Part shown: in pieces, positions 25,180 through 37,568 of the stretch
How the letters are laid out: the number at the start of each line of letters is the position of its first letter
Numbering within the stretch: the first letter of the stretch is position 1
Source of the DNA: Perkinsus chesapeaki ATCC PRA-425
Taxonomy: Eukaryota; Protista; Perkinsozoa
NCBI GenBank assembly: GCA_013115145.1
Contig: JAAPAO010000039.1
Span: 47,730 to 111,729 of the forward strand
DNA: 64,000 bases
Reading direction: 5' to 3'
The notes under the pieces: generated by a model
The model's input: the letters and a program-made list of their open reading frames with translations, nothing else
The model's database searches: none
Told to the model about the DNA's origin: nothing
Translations under genes and position numbers: made by a program

Positions 25180-25378
25180 TATTTTATATTATATCTCCTC
25201 CGTATCACTAGTAACATATTTCATATTATATCTCCTCCTCCGTATCACTAGTAACATATTTCATATTATATCTCCTCCTCCGTATCACTAGTAACATATT
25301 TCATATTATATCTCCTCCTCCGTATCACTAGTAACATATTTTATATTATATCTCCTCCTCTTCCGTATCACTAGTAAC
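25180..25378 (+). repeat. 40-bp minisatellite, ~5 units (CGTATCACTAGTAACATATTTCATATTATATCTCCTCCTC)
   Basis: Near-identical tandem units read directly; the same family occurs at 60638-60820 and 63862-64000. Confidence 0.95.
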
Positions 25379-25437
25379 GCCTTCCCACAAGGCCGGAATA
25401 GTCCCCGACTTGCTTATTTTCCAGTTTTTCCTCCCCC

Positions 25438-28087
25438 ATGGGCTCTTCCGGTCCCTCCACGCACCGTTTCATGGGCTTCGTGCTGCTCACAGCCGTATTA
25501 GTGTTCTCACTGATTCGTCTGGGAAGAGCCAATGAGAAGCCAGCAGTACTCCGGATTGAAGAGGCCGTCAACGCCTCCGACTGGACGCTTGCATCCGAGT
25601 TGCTCAGACAAGAAGTCATAGCTGGCAGAGGCTCCGAAGTCGACTTGAGGATACGCCAGGTATTAAGGGAATAATTGAATGATGAAAATAATAAATAATG
25701 CAATATATTGGTATTAAAAGTCTATCGAGGGTATCCGGTCGGAAGTGCCGGGATGGGCTTCACTGCGGCTGATGGTCGCTCAGTTTCGTAGCTATAAGTC
25801 TGTCCATGAAAAAACAACATATGAATATCCGGCCTGCTATTAACGGGCTGGATAGGTGGGGGTGTTGCTATCAGTGTGTCATTCTTCATACTACAGGAAT
25901 TTTAAAATTTAATTTTCTCGCCAACCCAATCGAGTATCATTATCACCGTATGCCGTTAGAAAGTCACTCTCGAGGGCTTTCGAATGTCGCACGTGTCGTC
26001 GAAATATTCCCCCTCCTGAGGAAGTTATTCGAAAAAGAACATTTTTTGGGACACTGTATATAAATCTTGGAAACAACGCATTCGCCTTAGACAATTGCGC
26101 GCACCTTGTGAGAGAGCCTTCGATATTGTCACGCCTCACTTTTTCTGTCAGCTCTCCGCGAATCTCCATCACCAGGCAGATCATTTGGTTCGACTGTTAG
26201 ACCGAGATTATGCCATGGGGCACTACGCTACAGTGACACCAGCTATACAGTGGGCACAGAATTCAACACACGTTTTTATGAATATTAAGTTCTCTCACCG
26301 ATGGAACAGCCCAGGTGAGGTCGTGGGTTCGATCCCCGCGTGCGGTATTTTTTCACGAAATCACAGCCTCTTTGCCGTCAATATAATGCTCCTAAGCGAG
26401 CTGCTAGAATCTATGAGCTCGAATTTGCCATTCATGAAAAAATCTTACTAGTGCGGAAAATATCTTTTTACTAAAATTGCTTGAAGCTGACTGTCCCTTA
26501 AGCCACTATGTAGATGGGATTACCGTCCATTGAAGTCTAACCTGTGGGCTTGCGGCCAAGTTCCTGTTCCTGTGAGGGCTGAGGAGAACACACTATCGCG
26601 AGGGCGTTGGTTTTTCAATAGTGCATCCAAATCGCTAGTTAGACTTGTCGGGATTCTGAAAAACGCCGCAAAGATATAATGATGTGAAGTGGTCCGATGT
26701 CGGATGAATCTTGGGCGATCTTTGCCTATCTTCCCCACAGGTGCGCTTCGCGTTCGGGACCCCCAATTGTCGGTGTCACCTTGTTGTTTCAATTTCTCGG
26801 CCACCGGAGAGCTCTCTGGTGTGGTGAAGCGCTACATCCTCAGTTTCGAGCTTGCCCATGATGTCGTGCCCTATCTTGAAGATGATCAGAGTATGTAGGG
26901 GGAGGGCGGTTCGTGGCTGGCTAGTTACTGGTACAGTTGCAGTTTTGGTACTTCTGATGGGTATCTCAACTGCGTTATCATTAAGTGAATCTATAAGTAC
27001 ATTAATTAATATAGTCTACTACTAAGTAGTAGATTAACTAGTCTACAGCATGTAACTATTTACTTGTATTTCCAGCTGTGTTTTCAGCTCAGAAGAGAAT
27101 GTCGGCTTCGGCGTTGCTTCTGGTCCTGACATCTGACCTTCCTCTACGAATCCTTGCTCCTCGCGGTGATATAGATTTGCACTTCTGTACTGACGTCAGC
27201 TCTGTGCCTTACTGGGGTCGTTCAATAAACCAATTTTGAAATTCAGAATCGATTCCAGAACTGCTTTTAACACGTAAAATGCGATGCTGGAATCGATTCT
27301 GAATCTCAGAATTGGTTTAATGAACATTGGGTATAATTCGGTGCTTATGTGAGAATCCACATAAGCTTCGCTCCGCCCTATCGATTTCCATTTTTTCAGG
27401 TTGGTGGACACAATCTAGCGTTGGCAGGATGACCGTGACGCTGAAGAAGAATGCCCCGAAAAAATGGAGACAGCTTGTAGCTGGAGGACACAATGACAAG
27501 GTGGGACTAGTAAGGCTAGGAAGGCCCCGACTCTCCGCGACTGAGTCTCCTACAGTCCGTTGTCCGTTTGGCTGGCTTGTTTTGTCGGGCAATGGATGAT
27601 TACGCACCTCTAGAGACGCTGGAGATTTCGCGGGAGTTTCTGGAATGTTTTTTCCACGGGAGTGACGGTGGATTTGCTCATTGAGTTGGTCGGATGGAAT
27701 CTTGCGCACCGTGAAGATTTTGTTTTTTAGCAACCTGCGGTTGGGTATGTCGGGCGATGGCTCGACCTCGAGGAAAGATACGCCTCGGAGTTGGCTGGTG
27801 TTGCTTACGATGATAGTACCGAGCATGCTCTAGTATCTTCTACTGCTGAGAAAAGGCCCCGTCATAAAGATTCAAAACTGGTCGAGCTTGCAAGATACGT
27901 TCGAGGTCGATTGATGCCGAAACCGCTGCGAGCGTTGATGCCAAAGTCGGCAGATGCCCCTAGGACTGTAATTGCTATTGCCTTCTCGTTTTGGCTGGGC
28001 ATATCGGCAGTTGCTCTCATGGTAGCTAGGATTGGTTTTAAGCCCAACGGTGTTGCAGATTCCTGTAAAGATACTAAACAAGAATAA
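25438..28087 (+). CDS. CS/p23-like (HSP20-fold) domain membrane protein, multi-exon
   Basis: N-terminal signal/TM FMGFVLLTAVLVFSLIRL; TPAIQWAQNSTHVFMNIKFSHRWNSPG; GRMTVTLKKNAPKKWRQLV; WLDLEERYASEL; C-terminal TM VIAIAFSFWLGISAVALMVA; stop at 28087. Confidence 0.75.
26318..26353 (+). pseudogene. tRNA 3'-half fragment with Pol III terminator at the start of an intron
   Basis: AGGTC variable loop, GTGGG-TTCGATC-CCCGC T-arm, GTGCGGT-A acceptor strand, then TTTTTT. No matching 5' half nearby. Confidence 0.6.
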
Positions 28088-28299
28088 CATACGTTCTGTT
28101 ATCGGTTCGCGTTAGTGGTGGAGGATTCTGTGGCCCGCCAGCGGGGATCTCGGAAAAATTACCCCGTCACGCGAATGCCGTGTGAACGGCGTATAGAACT
28201 GATCTACCTGTATGGATATTCTACCGCTAGCGTTTTGAAGTGCTGTTGACCGCCCTCAGTCGGAAAATATCATTCTGAAAATAGGGCTGCTGCTGAATA

Positions 28300-28590
28300 A
28301 GTATTACTTATTATATTTAGTATTACTTATTATATTTAGTATTACTTATTATATTTAGTATTACTTATTATATTTAGTATTACTTATGATATTTAGTATT
28401 ACTTATGATNNNNNNNNNNNNNNNNNNNNNNNNNNNNNNNNNNNNNNNNNNNNNNNNNNNNNNNNNNNNNNNNNNNNNNNNNNNNNNNNNNNNNNNNNNN
28501 NNNNNNATATTTAGTATTACTTATTATATTTAGTATTACTTATGATATTTAGTATTACTTATTATATTTAGTATTACTTATTATACTTTC
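28300..28590 (+). repeat. 19-bp AT-rich minisatellite (GTATTACTTATTATATTTA) interrupted by an N gap at 28410-28506
   Basis: Tandem units visible on both sides of the assembly gap; true copy number unknown. Confidence 0.95.
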
Positions 28591-28703
28591 CGACTGATTA
28601 CTTAAGTGATCTGTAACTCGCCGTAGGTTGCGTCGCTGTATGGGTTCACGTCAAGTATCTTGCCATTGTTGAGCTTGAAGCAGAGATTTGTTACTTTTTC
28701 GCT

Positions 28704-29798
28704 ATGGCAGCAGCAGCATGCAGTTCCTCATCAACAATAGTCGAGTCTCACTCGCCTACTGAGATAACCGAGATCACAGAACCTGCTCCCGGAGCTACCG
28801 TCCCGTCGACTGTGGAGCAGCCCTCTGTACAGTGTCAAAATATTGAGGAAGAGTCCGCAGGATCAACGGTATGCTCGTTGAGCTATTATGTATCTTCCTC
28901 GCTTAACCTCTAGATTCTCCCTTCTTAGGCCCCTTCCATGGCTTCGTCGGATAATGTTGATGTATCCGACAGTCGTTACTATCATGATGTCGCGGTGCTT
29001 ACCGATGCTCTCATTGCCCTGGTCACCTGGCCTGTCACCTTCGTCTGCGTTGTAGGCCAGGCTCTATAAATTTCTCTCACTCTTTTTCAGTTCCTCCCGG
29101 CCCCCATCAGTAACGTTGTTCGTAGCAGCACTCGACCTTTGGTCTACAGGAGCACCGCCGTCGCCAAGGCCAGTGCTCGCGTGATGGCTAGGGCTCTCCG
29201 CACGGCCTCAACGAAGGAGTCCAGAGTTGTAGGCGTCCGCTTTGCTATGACGGGTCGAACTCGGTTGAGGTCAGGTCGTCATTTTGTGTGCGGAATTGTG
29301 GCTTCGTGTTTGTGCTCTGATGACGACCAAGGAGATGCGCGAGCTCGGCGATACCTTCTACAGGCTCACCCTGGCTATTATACAGGTGCTGCGCACGCGT
29401 AACGTTGAAGACTTGTTAGAGAGCGTGAAGGACCTGACTGGTAGGATGACGGCGGCACCGTTGGTGTTGGAAGATTATTGGCTACTTCAGGCTCGACGGT
29501 GGAGTTGATCGGCCAGACATCAAATGACGTCAAGAAGATTATTGATGGAGAAAAAAGCGAAAGGAAGCAGGTTAAGCAGCTCACCGCTAAGCCGACGAGC
29601 ACCGAGCCTCCGACTGATGAGCAGTCAGTCCCGGCGCCTACCTCTGATAACGGCGTCAATGAGATCTCATCCAATAAGATATCCGAAAGCATATTTACAT
29701 TCCAAGTTGATCTGAGATCGCCTTTGACGATATCAGTTATTGTGTTACTCGCTACTGTGTGGTTATATGGTTTTCTTAAGCTACTACAAACTATCTAG
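28704..29798 (+). CDS. Hypothetical protein with a C-terminal TM segment, multi-exon
   Basis: ATG 28704 (MAAAACSSSSTIVESHSPTE...), successive exons bounded by GT-AG, last ORF ending PLTISVIVLLATVWLYGFLKLLQTI*. Confidence 0.6.
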
Positions 29799-30040
29799 TT
29801 GACTACCAAATAGACTGTAAATAAGTGCCCATTACAAGTGGTCAATTTCATCACTATTGAATTGTTAGTCTTCGGTTTCTTCTGGTTTCAAGCATCAATC
29901 CTTGGTTGCGTTGTGTAGTATTGGCCAGGGGTGTTCGTATAAGATAGGACAAAGCCTATTGACGTGTCCAACTATTTGTACGAGTGTCTTTTCATTGCTA
30001 TATATTCTGAACACACATTCGCAAAAGCTTGGATTTTGTC

Positions 30041-30112
30041 GGGCGTGTGGTGTAGTGGTATCACGTCTGCTTTGCATGCAGAAGGCCCCGGGTTCAAACC
30101 CCGGCACGTCCA
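30041..30112 (+). tRNA. trnA-UGC: tRNA-Ala(TGC)
   Basis: Full cloverleaf: GGGCGTG/CACGTCC acceptor with the G3:U70 Ala determinant, TCTGC-TTTGCAT-GCAGA anticodon arm, CCGGG-TTCAAAC-CCCGG T-arm, TTTT downstream. Confidence 0.97.
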
Positions 30113-30238
30113 ATTTTAAGAATTTGTTCCATTTCTTTATCAGCGGAGCGAAGCGCGTGAGACGCGCTCCTGCGTACACGAGTAATCTGGGGTTCGGTGC
30201 CTATCTCTGGTAGTTAGTTCTGTTCTATCGAGGTATAC

Positions 30239-31735
30239 ATGGAGGTACAAGTGGAGAATACACCACATACGGCCGAGAGACTGACCCGAGGAAGTCTGGG
30301 TGATGGTACGCTATTAAGCCCTCTATGCCTTAACCGCCAATCTACACCAGTTTCGCCGGGGCCACTTCCCGATATGCCCGGTATGGAGATCAATTTTCGG
30401 AATACCTTCTTGGAGGTCAGCCCGAAACTCAGTGTTTCAATGCCGAGGCCCCAGACAATGCCCAACTTGAATGAGCAGCTGGCAATGGGAAGCCCGACGT
30501 ATATTGAAGATCTAGAGTTCGACTTCGTCCATGGTGATGGTATAGGCCTTCTTGAGGAAGCCCATGTTGATACAACAGGAGCTTTTGGGTCTGATGTGTA
30601 TGATGCAAATACCTTCAGGGACGCTTGTGAGACCCTCCTAAGCTGTGGTACTAACGATGTCAGTGACACCGTAAGCGGTTTGATGATAGAAGGTTTACAT
30701 TCTGGTCTATCTCCGATGGTTGATATACCTAATCGGGGTAATGGTTGTTCATACTCCCCTGCATCTCGTCAACAGTACAAGATTAATCGTGAGGTTAATA
30801 GTACTCAACCCGAAGATCTTCCTCCTGATATGTTAACAACGGTGATGCTTCGTAACATTCCTAACAAGCTTAGTCAGATGGATATCGCTAATGCTGTTAA
30901 ACATGAAGGCTTCTTAGGGGAGTTTGACTTCTTCTATTCCCCTCTAGATTTCAAATCGGGCAGTAACCTAGGTTACGCTTTTATCAATTTTACGTCTCAT
31001 GAAGTAGCTGTCCGCTTTAGAGACACAATAGCCGGTGTATTGCTCGCTCGTTCCGTTGCTGAAGCCAACACATCTGGCCTATATTGGGATGACAGTAACA
31101 CCTCTTCAAAGGCGACTATTATCACCCCGGAGGTATCTGCCCAGCTCATGCGCAGCAACAAACAGTGTGGTGTTGCATGGGCTCGCATACAAGGTTTGGA
31201 GGCCAACATCAAGCACTATCGTAACAGCCCGGTTAACGAGCTTGCTTCGGAGTTCAGACCTATGTTATTTGCTACTAAGGAGTTGGTTGTAGATCACCCT
31301 GCAATACCAGCGGGTGCGGCTTTGCCTTTCCCTCTCCCTGATCGCTCAAATAACATGATGACTTCACAGTATCATTACAATAATAATCGAGAACATATTG
31401 CTGGTATGCAACAGCAGCAGCGGCAAGCTCAAAAGTTTAGAGGAACTAATAACATCTTAACTCAAGCTCAATGTGCTCAAAAGATATTTGCCGGTGGTCT
31501 CTCCAATGCGACCAGCAGCGAAAGTCTTGCATCATACTTTACTCTGAGATTTCCGATGTTTGACCTTGTGGAGGCGGTGGTTATTATGGATCGTCGCAGT
31601 GGCGTTAGTAAAGGTTTTGGTTTTGTCACTTTTGCATCAGATGAGGCTGTGCAACACATTTTGCACCCGATGAATGGTCCGCACATTATCGACGGTCACC
31701 CAGTGGTGTTACGTAACTATACGAGCAGTCGCTAA
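30239..31735 (+). CDS. Mei2-like RNA-binding protein (Mei2-type RRM plus C-terminal canonical RRM), intronless
   Basis: TTVMLRNIPNKL..FDFFYSPLDFKSGSNLGYAFINF and VAWARIQG are Mei2 RRM3 signatures; KIFAGGL...SKGFGFVTF are RNP2/RNP1 of a second RRM. Confidence 0.9.
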   Translation: MEVQVENTPHTAERLTRGSLGDGTLLSPLCLNRQSTPVSPGPLPDMPGMEINFRNTFLEVSPKLSVSMPRPQTMPNLNEQLAMGSPTYIEDLEFDFVHGDGIGLLEEAHVDTTGAFGSDVYDANTFRDACETLLSCGTNDVSDTVSGLMIEGLHSGLSPMVDIPNRGNGCSYSPASRQQYKINREVNSTQPEDLPPDMLTTVMLRNIPNKLSQMDIANAVKHEGFLGEFDFFYSPLDFKSGSNLGYAFINFTSHEVAVRFRDTIAGVLLARSVAEANTSGLYWDDSNTSSKATIITPEVSAQLMRSNKQCGVAWARIQGLEANIKHYRNSPVNELASEFRPMLFATKELVVDHPAIPAGAALPFPLPDRSNNMMTSQYHYNNNREHIAGMQQQQRQAQKFRGTNNILTQAQCAQKIFAGGLSNATSSESLASYFTLRFPMFDLVEAVVIMDRRSGVSKGFGFVTFASDEAVQHILHPMNGPHIIDGHPVVLRNYTSSR

Positions 31736-31913
31736 GATCAGTTTTCCATGTACATTTCATTGCCTATGGATCTTCTTTGATCCCTCGAGCGTTGGTTTCC
31801 AGGTTCATTCAGATTGGTATTAGGAAGCCCTTTCGCCATTAATGGCCCATTAGACTTTCCATAGATTTGCGTTATTAAACACCACAACAGTGTAAATTAG
31901 AAGAACACCACTT

Positions 31914-33400
31914 TTATGGGCCACTTGTCGAATTAACTATCCTCAATGCATCTTGAAGAGCCCTTGTGTAATGGTTCAGCGCCTGATGATGTAAACTAAT
32001 TATTAATGAGGAGTATAATCTCACCTGGACAATATCATCATCACATTGCTCTCGTTGTTGAGCCTCAAGAACCAAATTGTTTTTTATCGCGGCGACCTCC
32101 TCCAGAATAAACGATTGGAACTTCTCGTCGCCTTTCTCCCTCAGCCGCTTGCATTCCGTTACGGTTTCGCGCAGCTCACTTAACTTCGTCTCGCGAGACA
32201 CTCTTTCCTGCTCCAAACGACCTGGCAGAAACCTCCGAGTGATTGCCTACAAAATACAGAGGAAAGTTTAGGATAACACCTCGGGAACTGAAGATTATTA
32301 TGATACTCTTCCGGCAAGAAAATAATGAGGACGAGCGGCTTCGGGGATACCTTCGGTTCGATACTCCAGGTCCGCCAAACGCTTTGCCACATTTGTCTCT
32401 CGCTCCTGACGAGATATCCTATCACTCTCCATCGCATTGTGAAGAGCCGACACATCACGCGCAACTGAAGCGTTCTTTTCCTGAAATGAAATCGTGCGGG
32501 ACAATGGGCACGTATGGCTCGAGGTTGTCTAATAAGCAACCTACTTCTATGTCCCTGATGTATCGTTCCCTTTCTGTAGCGAAGTCTCTCTCAACTGCCG
32601 CGACCCTCTCACTTATGGCATCAACCGTACCTGAGGTTAGTATTCGACAGATCGAACAAGTGTCGTGGAAATCATTTCCCGCTCGTCCAGGGGAGTCTAT
32701 CCACGGCGACGAAAACGCATGGCTGGAGGCGTAACTAAAGTTAGACTTATGCTTGAAAAAATCGTCCTGAAGGCTAATTAATAGAAAGAAAAATGTATTT
32801 TATTTTTGAGAGAACAAATTTGAAGCCAGGTCCCACTGGGAGCAGGATCCTCTATGGCTCCCTGCTGACGCTTTTGAGGAGATTCTGCCTCGTGAAAGTG
32901 GAAAAGTAGGGAAAAGGTGAAAAGTAAAGGTGGGTGAAAGTAAGTTTAGAGTAGTCGAATGTTGCTTGTCCGTTTAATTCTGCATATCCATTTGTGCGGT
33001 GAGCTTTGGGCCAGACGGTGGAGCAATTGATGGGACATGAATCTCCGCTGTCACAGAGATATCTTCAGCAGATGGAGTACAACAAGGAGGAATGTTCTCA
33101 CCTTGAAGCTGGTCCAATCTGTCAGTGAAGAAGGTCTCCATCCTCTCCTGTGCTGCTGTGATTTGCATCTCGAACATTCTGAAGCTCGGCACACTTGAAG
33201 CTCCATCGTGGCGCCTTCATTCACCCTTTCATCGCTTTGTTCGCTTCCACTCGATGCTTTATCTCCGAGTTGAGCGTTCGTTCCAGTTTACCGACCCCCT
33301 CGCGGATGGAGCCAAGTCGGGTCTCCTCCGAGTCTCTACGGTGTCGGACTTCTTGTTCCATTTGCCGCTCGATACCTACGCCGCAATGCACCGCGTCATC
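31914..33400 (-). CDS. SF-assemblin / beta-giardin family striated-fibre protein, multi-exon
   Basis: Coiled-coil exons MEQEVRHRRDSEETRLGSIREGVGKLERTLNSEIKHRVEANKAM and terminal EAQQREQCDDDIVQ|ALNHYTRALQDALRIVN, typical of the SFA C-terminus. First exon not resolved. Confidence 0.85.
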
Positions 33401-33999
33401 GGCGCCACGGGAAAGACCAGGGAGACATGGGGCTGGATGAAGAGCTGACGATCGAAGTTTCTTTTATTGGTGTGTAACTGTTATGGTGAATCTATGTGTC
33501 GAATTATTTAGCTGTTAATGATCAGCGACTCTAACTTATTATTATTAAAAATAGATATAAGTGGTAATAGCGTTCGATGCGCCAATAATAGTCGGCGACC
33601 GTCGCACTAAAATTCACCTCTATACTTTACAAAGATGCTCACTCTAACGCAGTCTTCTATGGTTTAATAAAGGTACATGCTCGGTACAATTATAATCATA
33701 TTGCTACTTCCTATTATACCTCGACTGCATAGAGCGTTGACAGAGACTCTCTACTAGAGAGCCACTTCAGGACTGGTGGCATTACGGTTGCGTGCCACGC
33801 AGTTGGCTTTCAGCTACTCAAAGCCTAACCCTTCTGGATCTAATGTGCTTCAAGTAAATACGGCTCGGTTCAGTGTCAATAAATAATAAACGTATACCTG
33901 TATCAGATTTGGTCATTCCAGCACTGTGTGTTATTGTAACAAGTAGTATATATTAATATTATATAAGTAATAATATATTGTATGATCAAGTATATATTA

Positions 34000-34922
34000 G
34001 TAAGCACTGTGTTATTGCGGACCTGTAAATCTCTCTTGCAAGACAGCAAGCTTGGATGATACCCCTTTCCCGGCCGCTATCGGATCCGAGGAAGATTGAA
34101 GATGTTGTTGCTGCATAAGCTGAAGATGTATACGAGAACTGGATGAGGAAGTCGTGGAGATATGTCAATTGGTGAGCCCAGAGAGAACGCGTTCGCGATA
34201 GGAATGTATTTTTAGTTAGATCTCTTGAGCCTCGAGCGACTTCAAGGTCCTACAGATGATCTGTTGGATTAACTCAACGTGAAGCAGGCTTATAATTGAC
34301 TAAACAACACACCGGCCATATATTTAACCATATCAACACCGATAACATGACAACAACAAAAGGGCTATTCTGAATGCTCCACCATGGTCACCTCGTTAAC
34401 CATCTCGAGGGCTTCCTTCCAGTAAACACCACTCATCACAACCGACAGCAATACAATCAATACAACCTGATTTCAAAAAAGAGCGGTATGAAGCTAACAC
34501 ATTCGCCTCTGTTAACCTCAGACGCTGGAAAACGCGAAAATTCTTCGGAAACTACCGAAATTTTCCGTAAATTTTCTTATACATTTCAACCTACCAGATA
34601 CTCCCACGGCAGAGGTTCTTTCTCATTCCAAATCTTGCTCGTTGGTCCCACCGGATTTGGTCCAAACAACGAAACCGATGGCGCTGGCAAAGCAAATCCC
34701 TCCTGATCAGCTTGTTTCTGAGTTATAATCGATCAACTGGGCGCGCGCTGTCTCCTCTCATCTCACCGGTACAACAGTGGTCTTCTCATGTGTGTGATGT
34801 TCGGTGAAGGAAGGTTGACGTAACGGATATACCGGAGCTTGCGCAGGATTCCGCAGGCGCCTGGCCGGGGCAGAACGATTTGGGTCGATAAGGTCGATGC
34901 TGACAATCTCCATGGAGCTCAT
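34000..34922 (-). CDS. Hypothetical protein, multi-exon
   Basis: Exons bounded by GT-AG: MSSMEIVSIDLIDP...; EGFALPAPSVSLFGPNPVGPTSKIWNEKEPLPWEYL; RLRLTEANVLASYRSFLKS; YLHDFLIQFSYT. No domain assigned. Confidence 0.45.
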
Positions 34923-35160
34923 CGGTTTTACGTATTGACGCCCTTCTGTGAAGAGACGCTCTGAGCGGAGAGAAAGCAATACCGATATCGCGACGGGCTT
35001 ATCTGCGTCGCAGTTTTTTTTGCTGGAAAAACTTTTTTGCGAGGAATTTTTCCGAAAAAAAAGAAAAATAACTTCTTCGTGTGAGGAAATAATTTGTATT
35101 ATTTCCTAATTTGTAATAATTTGAAAAAAAAAAGATTTTTTCGGTGATCAAGGATTCTTG

Positions 35161-37327
35161 GATGCGTCAACTAGAAAGCGTCACTGCGCCACAAAATCCG
35201 ACCTCTCACGAATGATTCTTCATCGACACTTCCAAGAGCATCCAGGATTTCCTGCCCGCGAACGACCTTCCCGATGGGCACAAAACCCTCAGGCCTGTTT
35301 CGAACCTGAAACGGAATCGAGCGTCGATTAATGTGGCGATAGTATTTGTGGCTTAATAGGGACAGCAGTATTGTGTAACACTCGCGGATGGATCGCGCTG
35401 CGCTGGATAATCGATCATCTATATCCTACTAAAAGTTCCTTGAAGTTAAGCTTTTCCAGAGACTCTTAAACGAGTGCTGTTGAAGGGGACAGTTTTTGTG
35501 CAATAATTATGTTGCACTGCTGTAGCGTATAGATGTTTGAAAAGTATAATTGTTGGCTTGATACGAAGTAGATGTCGAGAAGGCGACGGGGAATTCACAA
35601 GATCCATTTTCAGTGAGAGTTTGCTGAGTACGTTCCGAAGAAACCTGATATACTTATCTGAAATGGTTGATTCACGTATCACTGACTTTAACATCGTCAA
35701 CTGTAACGCCGCGGAGTGGTAAAAAAAACAAAGTTCAATTTCCCAGAGTTCTCCCGCAAGACTCGTCGAGAATAAGATAGTCGTCGGGGAAGAAAGCCGT
35801 TATCGGGCCATACTACCCGCAGATATTTCACCCATGCCCGAGTCCTCTCGACTGTATGTAGCAGATTGATCTTGAACTAGTACTGTATTACTCCTAGTGA
35901 TATATTATACTACTTAAGTTGCTTGATATAATATACACATAAACACAGAGTAAATATAATATATAACAGATGCTCCAAGAGAGTAGAATTGTCTCATCTA
36001 CTATCAAGTGACTGACACAATACCTGTCCCTTTTGTACGTAGCTAAGCTTAGGGCCCTCTTAGCCCTCCTCATATTTATTCATACTTTCTGCTATTATAT
36101 ATCTACTTGCGTTCCACAAGTGAGTAGTAAAAATGGATGTATGGGGGAAATGCAGACATTGGCATGATAAAGTACGTGTCACATAAATGCACGCCGAAAG
36201 CGGGCAAATTTTTCGCCAGCCAGATCGAGTTTCGTCTTCTTTCATTTTCTGTCGAATTCTACGACCTCGATTACCCAAAAAAACCAAGTCGGGCAGCCTA
36301 GATGACACGTACTGTATCCCTTATTATTACGTTGAATGCCAATGCCGAGACGGCTCCATTAACCACAATCAATCCAGCAGTGGCATCTTCTGGTAGATCG
36401 AAAGAAACGACAGGTGCCGGGATAGAACCAGGGTCCAATGCGCAGAATACTTCCCTGTTGTTGAGGTTATACTTCAAATTTTACGGCACGCTCACTCATG
36501 AGATTTTATCAGTTCACAGTGATCCAAATCCCCCCGCTCCGCAGCAGACCCGAACCAATCGTACCTGAGCAACTTCTTGCCTTTCAGACGATCCAGGTTC
36601 GATTCCCACGACATGATTCTACATATATGAAGTCACTTTATAAAAGTCGACGCACTTCGAACCTCCGGCGAGTTGGATTCTTAAGCTAACTCCTACCAAG
36701 GAATTCTACCTCAATATCTCTTCAATTGAATTTGGGATTTTTTATTGCAACCGAAAACTTATCGAGCATATCTTGGGTTTCTCAATTTCACATGAAACAT
36801 TGCTCAATATTTTCTCGACGGTAAAAATGACTCTCTGACCCATCCAGCCAAGTGCACGAGGTAGAATGAGCTCTGATTGGTGTAGAGCAACAGCAGGTAC
36901 ATAAACCATCACCAGTCAACAACTGGCATCGGCATCCATATACTTTTCTGAAATAGTTCCCTATTGTAATATATTTTCCCGCTGTTGTTCGTATTTGAAT
37001 GTTATTTTCCAATTATATTGTCTTTGTGTATCTTCTTTTATATATAGTAAACTGTGTCTCCTGCTAAGATAATATTTTCCCGTGCTAGCGGCATGCGTAT
37101 CTTTAGGTCGGATTCAACCCTCCCGTCACTACCCTTCCTTCGCTCGGTCATCTGCCTCCATCACGAACTTTTCAGACACGTCGCCATGCCGTATGGTGAA
37201 TTCAACCTCGGAAGATAACACGTATCTTAGGTTGAAGCATGCTATCGCCAGCGAGGTTAGAAACTTCGACATATTAAGGATGAACTGGAGAAGATCCAAA
37301 CTGAGCGTTCCAGAAATTTTACAATAA
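35161..37327 (+). CDS. Possible multi-exon hypothetical gene
   Basis: Series of plus-strand open segments (35537-35722, 36302-36568, 37082-37327) separated by AT-rich intron-like DNA that includes the MITE; model not resolved. Confidence 0.3.
36170..36314. mobile_element. 145-bp MITE with Tc1/mariner-type ends
   Basis: Terminal inverted repeats (A)AGTACGTGTCA ... TGACACGTACTG, flanked by TA at 36168-36169 and 36315-36316; second copy of the interior at 21994-22098. Confidence 0.7.
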
Positions 37328-37568
37328 TTAATACCTCTGCTGTCAGATTTTCCAACTCTTCCGAAGAGAAAAGAGGATTTCTGAGAAAAAGTCGGTATGA
37401 AGTTAGAAGGCTGTAACCGAATACGTGAAGCGCTCGAGAGCTCCGCATCAAAGAATCGGCGGAGCGAAGCGATTCATGCTACACATTTTTAAGCGGAGCG
37501 AAGCGATTCACGTTTGAACATTTTGAAATTGCTGTCCCTTTTTATTTCTACCATCTTCTTATCTTTAA

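Noticed and set aside
26315-26420. Permuted tRNA gene (3' half preceding 5' half)
   Set aside because: No downstream sequence pairs with the GTGCGGT acceptor strand or carries an A-box, and a T6 terminator follows immediately.
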